DNA from: Cystobasidiomycetes sp. EMM_F5
Taxonomy: Eukaryota
DNA length: 20,635 nt
NCBI GenBank assembly: GCA_051047955.1
Contig: JBPGPT010000017.1
Location: 310,001 to 330,635 of the forward strand
Direction: 5' to 3'
Every line of letters begins with the position of its first letter. Positions within the stretch are counted from its first letter, which is position 1. Position numbers and translations under genes: made by a program. The notes beneath the pieces were generated by a model. That model was not told where the DNA came from, did not search any database, and was given only the letters and a program-made list of their open reading frames with translations. Below are positions 20,194 through 20,635 of this stretch, piece by piece.

Positions 20194-20460
20194 GCAGGAA
20201 GATGCACATGCGCAGCACAAGGTCATTTTGAGCGCTGAAACACGGCAACAGCATGGAAAGGCCGAGTCTTGCTATTGTTGCTTAGTAACGCTCGACTGGC
20301 CGAACACAGTGTCGCTAACAAGCAATTGTCACAAAGGTATATGCGAGGGAATGGAGGTTTATTTAGGTCACACAAATCAATGGAGGCAAACATCGAGGCT
20401 GTTTAGAAAGCGTTGTGGCTGTACGCAAAGCTTCGTGTCTATAGCAGGTCCGTCAGCCAA

Positions 20461-20574
20461 TCAACGCAGGTAATGTCGCAATAAATTCTTGGCGGAGGCC
20501 CGCAGAGTGACAACAAGCGTCCTCCACGCAACGTGCCATCCGTACGGTACGATCAGCGCACTACGGATGAGATA
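20461..20574 (-). CDS. Possible terminal exon of a gene entering from the right edge of the window
   Basis: On the minus strand a branch site (ACTAAC), a pyrimidine run and an AAG acceptor at 20575 precede an open frame YLIRSALIVPYGWHVAWRTLVVTLRASAKNLLRHYLR-stop. The other two frames close within a few codons. Confidence 0.3.
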   Translation of the reverse strand, partial: YLIRSALIVPYGWHVAWRTLVVTLRASAKNLLRHYLR

Positions 20575-20635
20575 CTTCCAGAAAACACGTTAGTCGATTG
20601 TTGTATGTAGTATAGGTTTGCAAGTGGCGCTCGGG

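Noticed and set aside
20150..20473. 107-aa plus-strand ORF
   Set aside because: It has a non-ATG start, overlaps the end of the 19774 ORF and has no motifs. It is probably UTR.
1..20635. A functional gene cluster spanning the window
   Set aside because: The genes are functionally unrelated (ER glycan processing, translation, lipid turnover, mitochondria). Tight packing reflects a compact genome. The only shared hint is MCB motifs at two loci.

Overview
Gene-dense eukaryotic (fungal) genomic DNA, probably from a basidiomycete yeast. This is inferred from the many short (about 50-90 nt) spliceosomal introns with GTRAGT/GTACGT donors, CTRAC/CTRAT branch sites and YAG acceptors, and from intergenic gaps of about 70-240 bp between several neighbouring genes. 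Manual splicing of the ORF fragments gives, in order: the 3' part of a glucosidase II beta subunit (+), an orphan two-exon gene (-), a formate/nitrite transporter (-), cytosolic phenylalanyl-tRNA synthetase beta (+), a GH5 EGCrP/Egh1-like glycolipid glucosidase (+), a PHD-finger/Cdt1-like protein (-), YME2 (+), a protein with two forkhead-like domains and a C2H2 finger (+), and a small membrane protein (+). I found no RNA genes, transposons or CRISPR arrays. The most unusual items are: (i) a Cdt1-like licensing factor that carries an N-terminal PHD finger, seems to lack its C-terminal winged helix, and has an MCB box upstream; (ii) tandem forkhead-like domains with non-canonical recognition helices and four ACGCGT sites across the 5' end of that gene; (iii) a short PR/SET-like motif in the orphan gene; (iv) up to three GC-AG introns. 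All family assignments come from motif recognition by eye, not from database searches.
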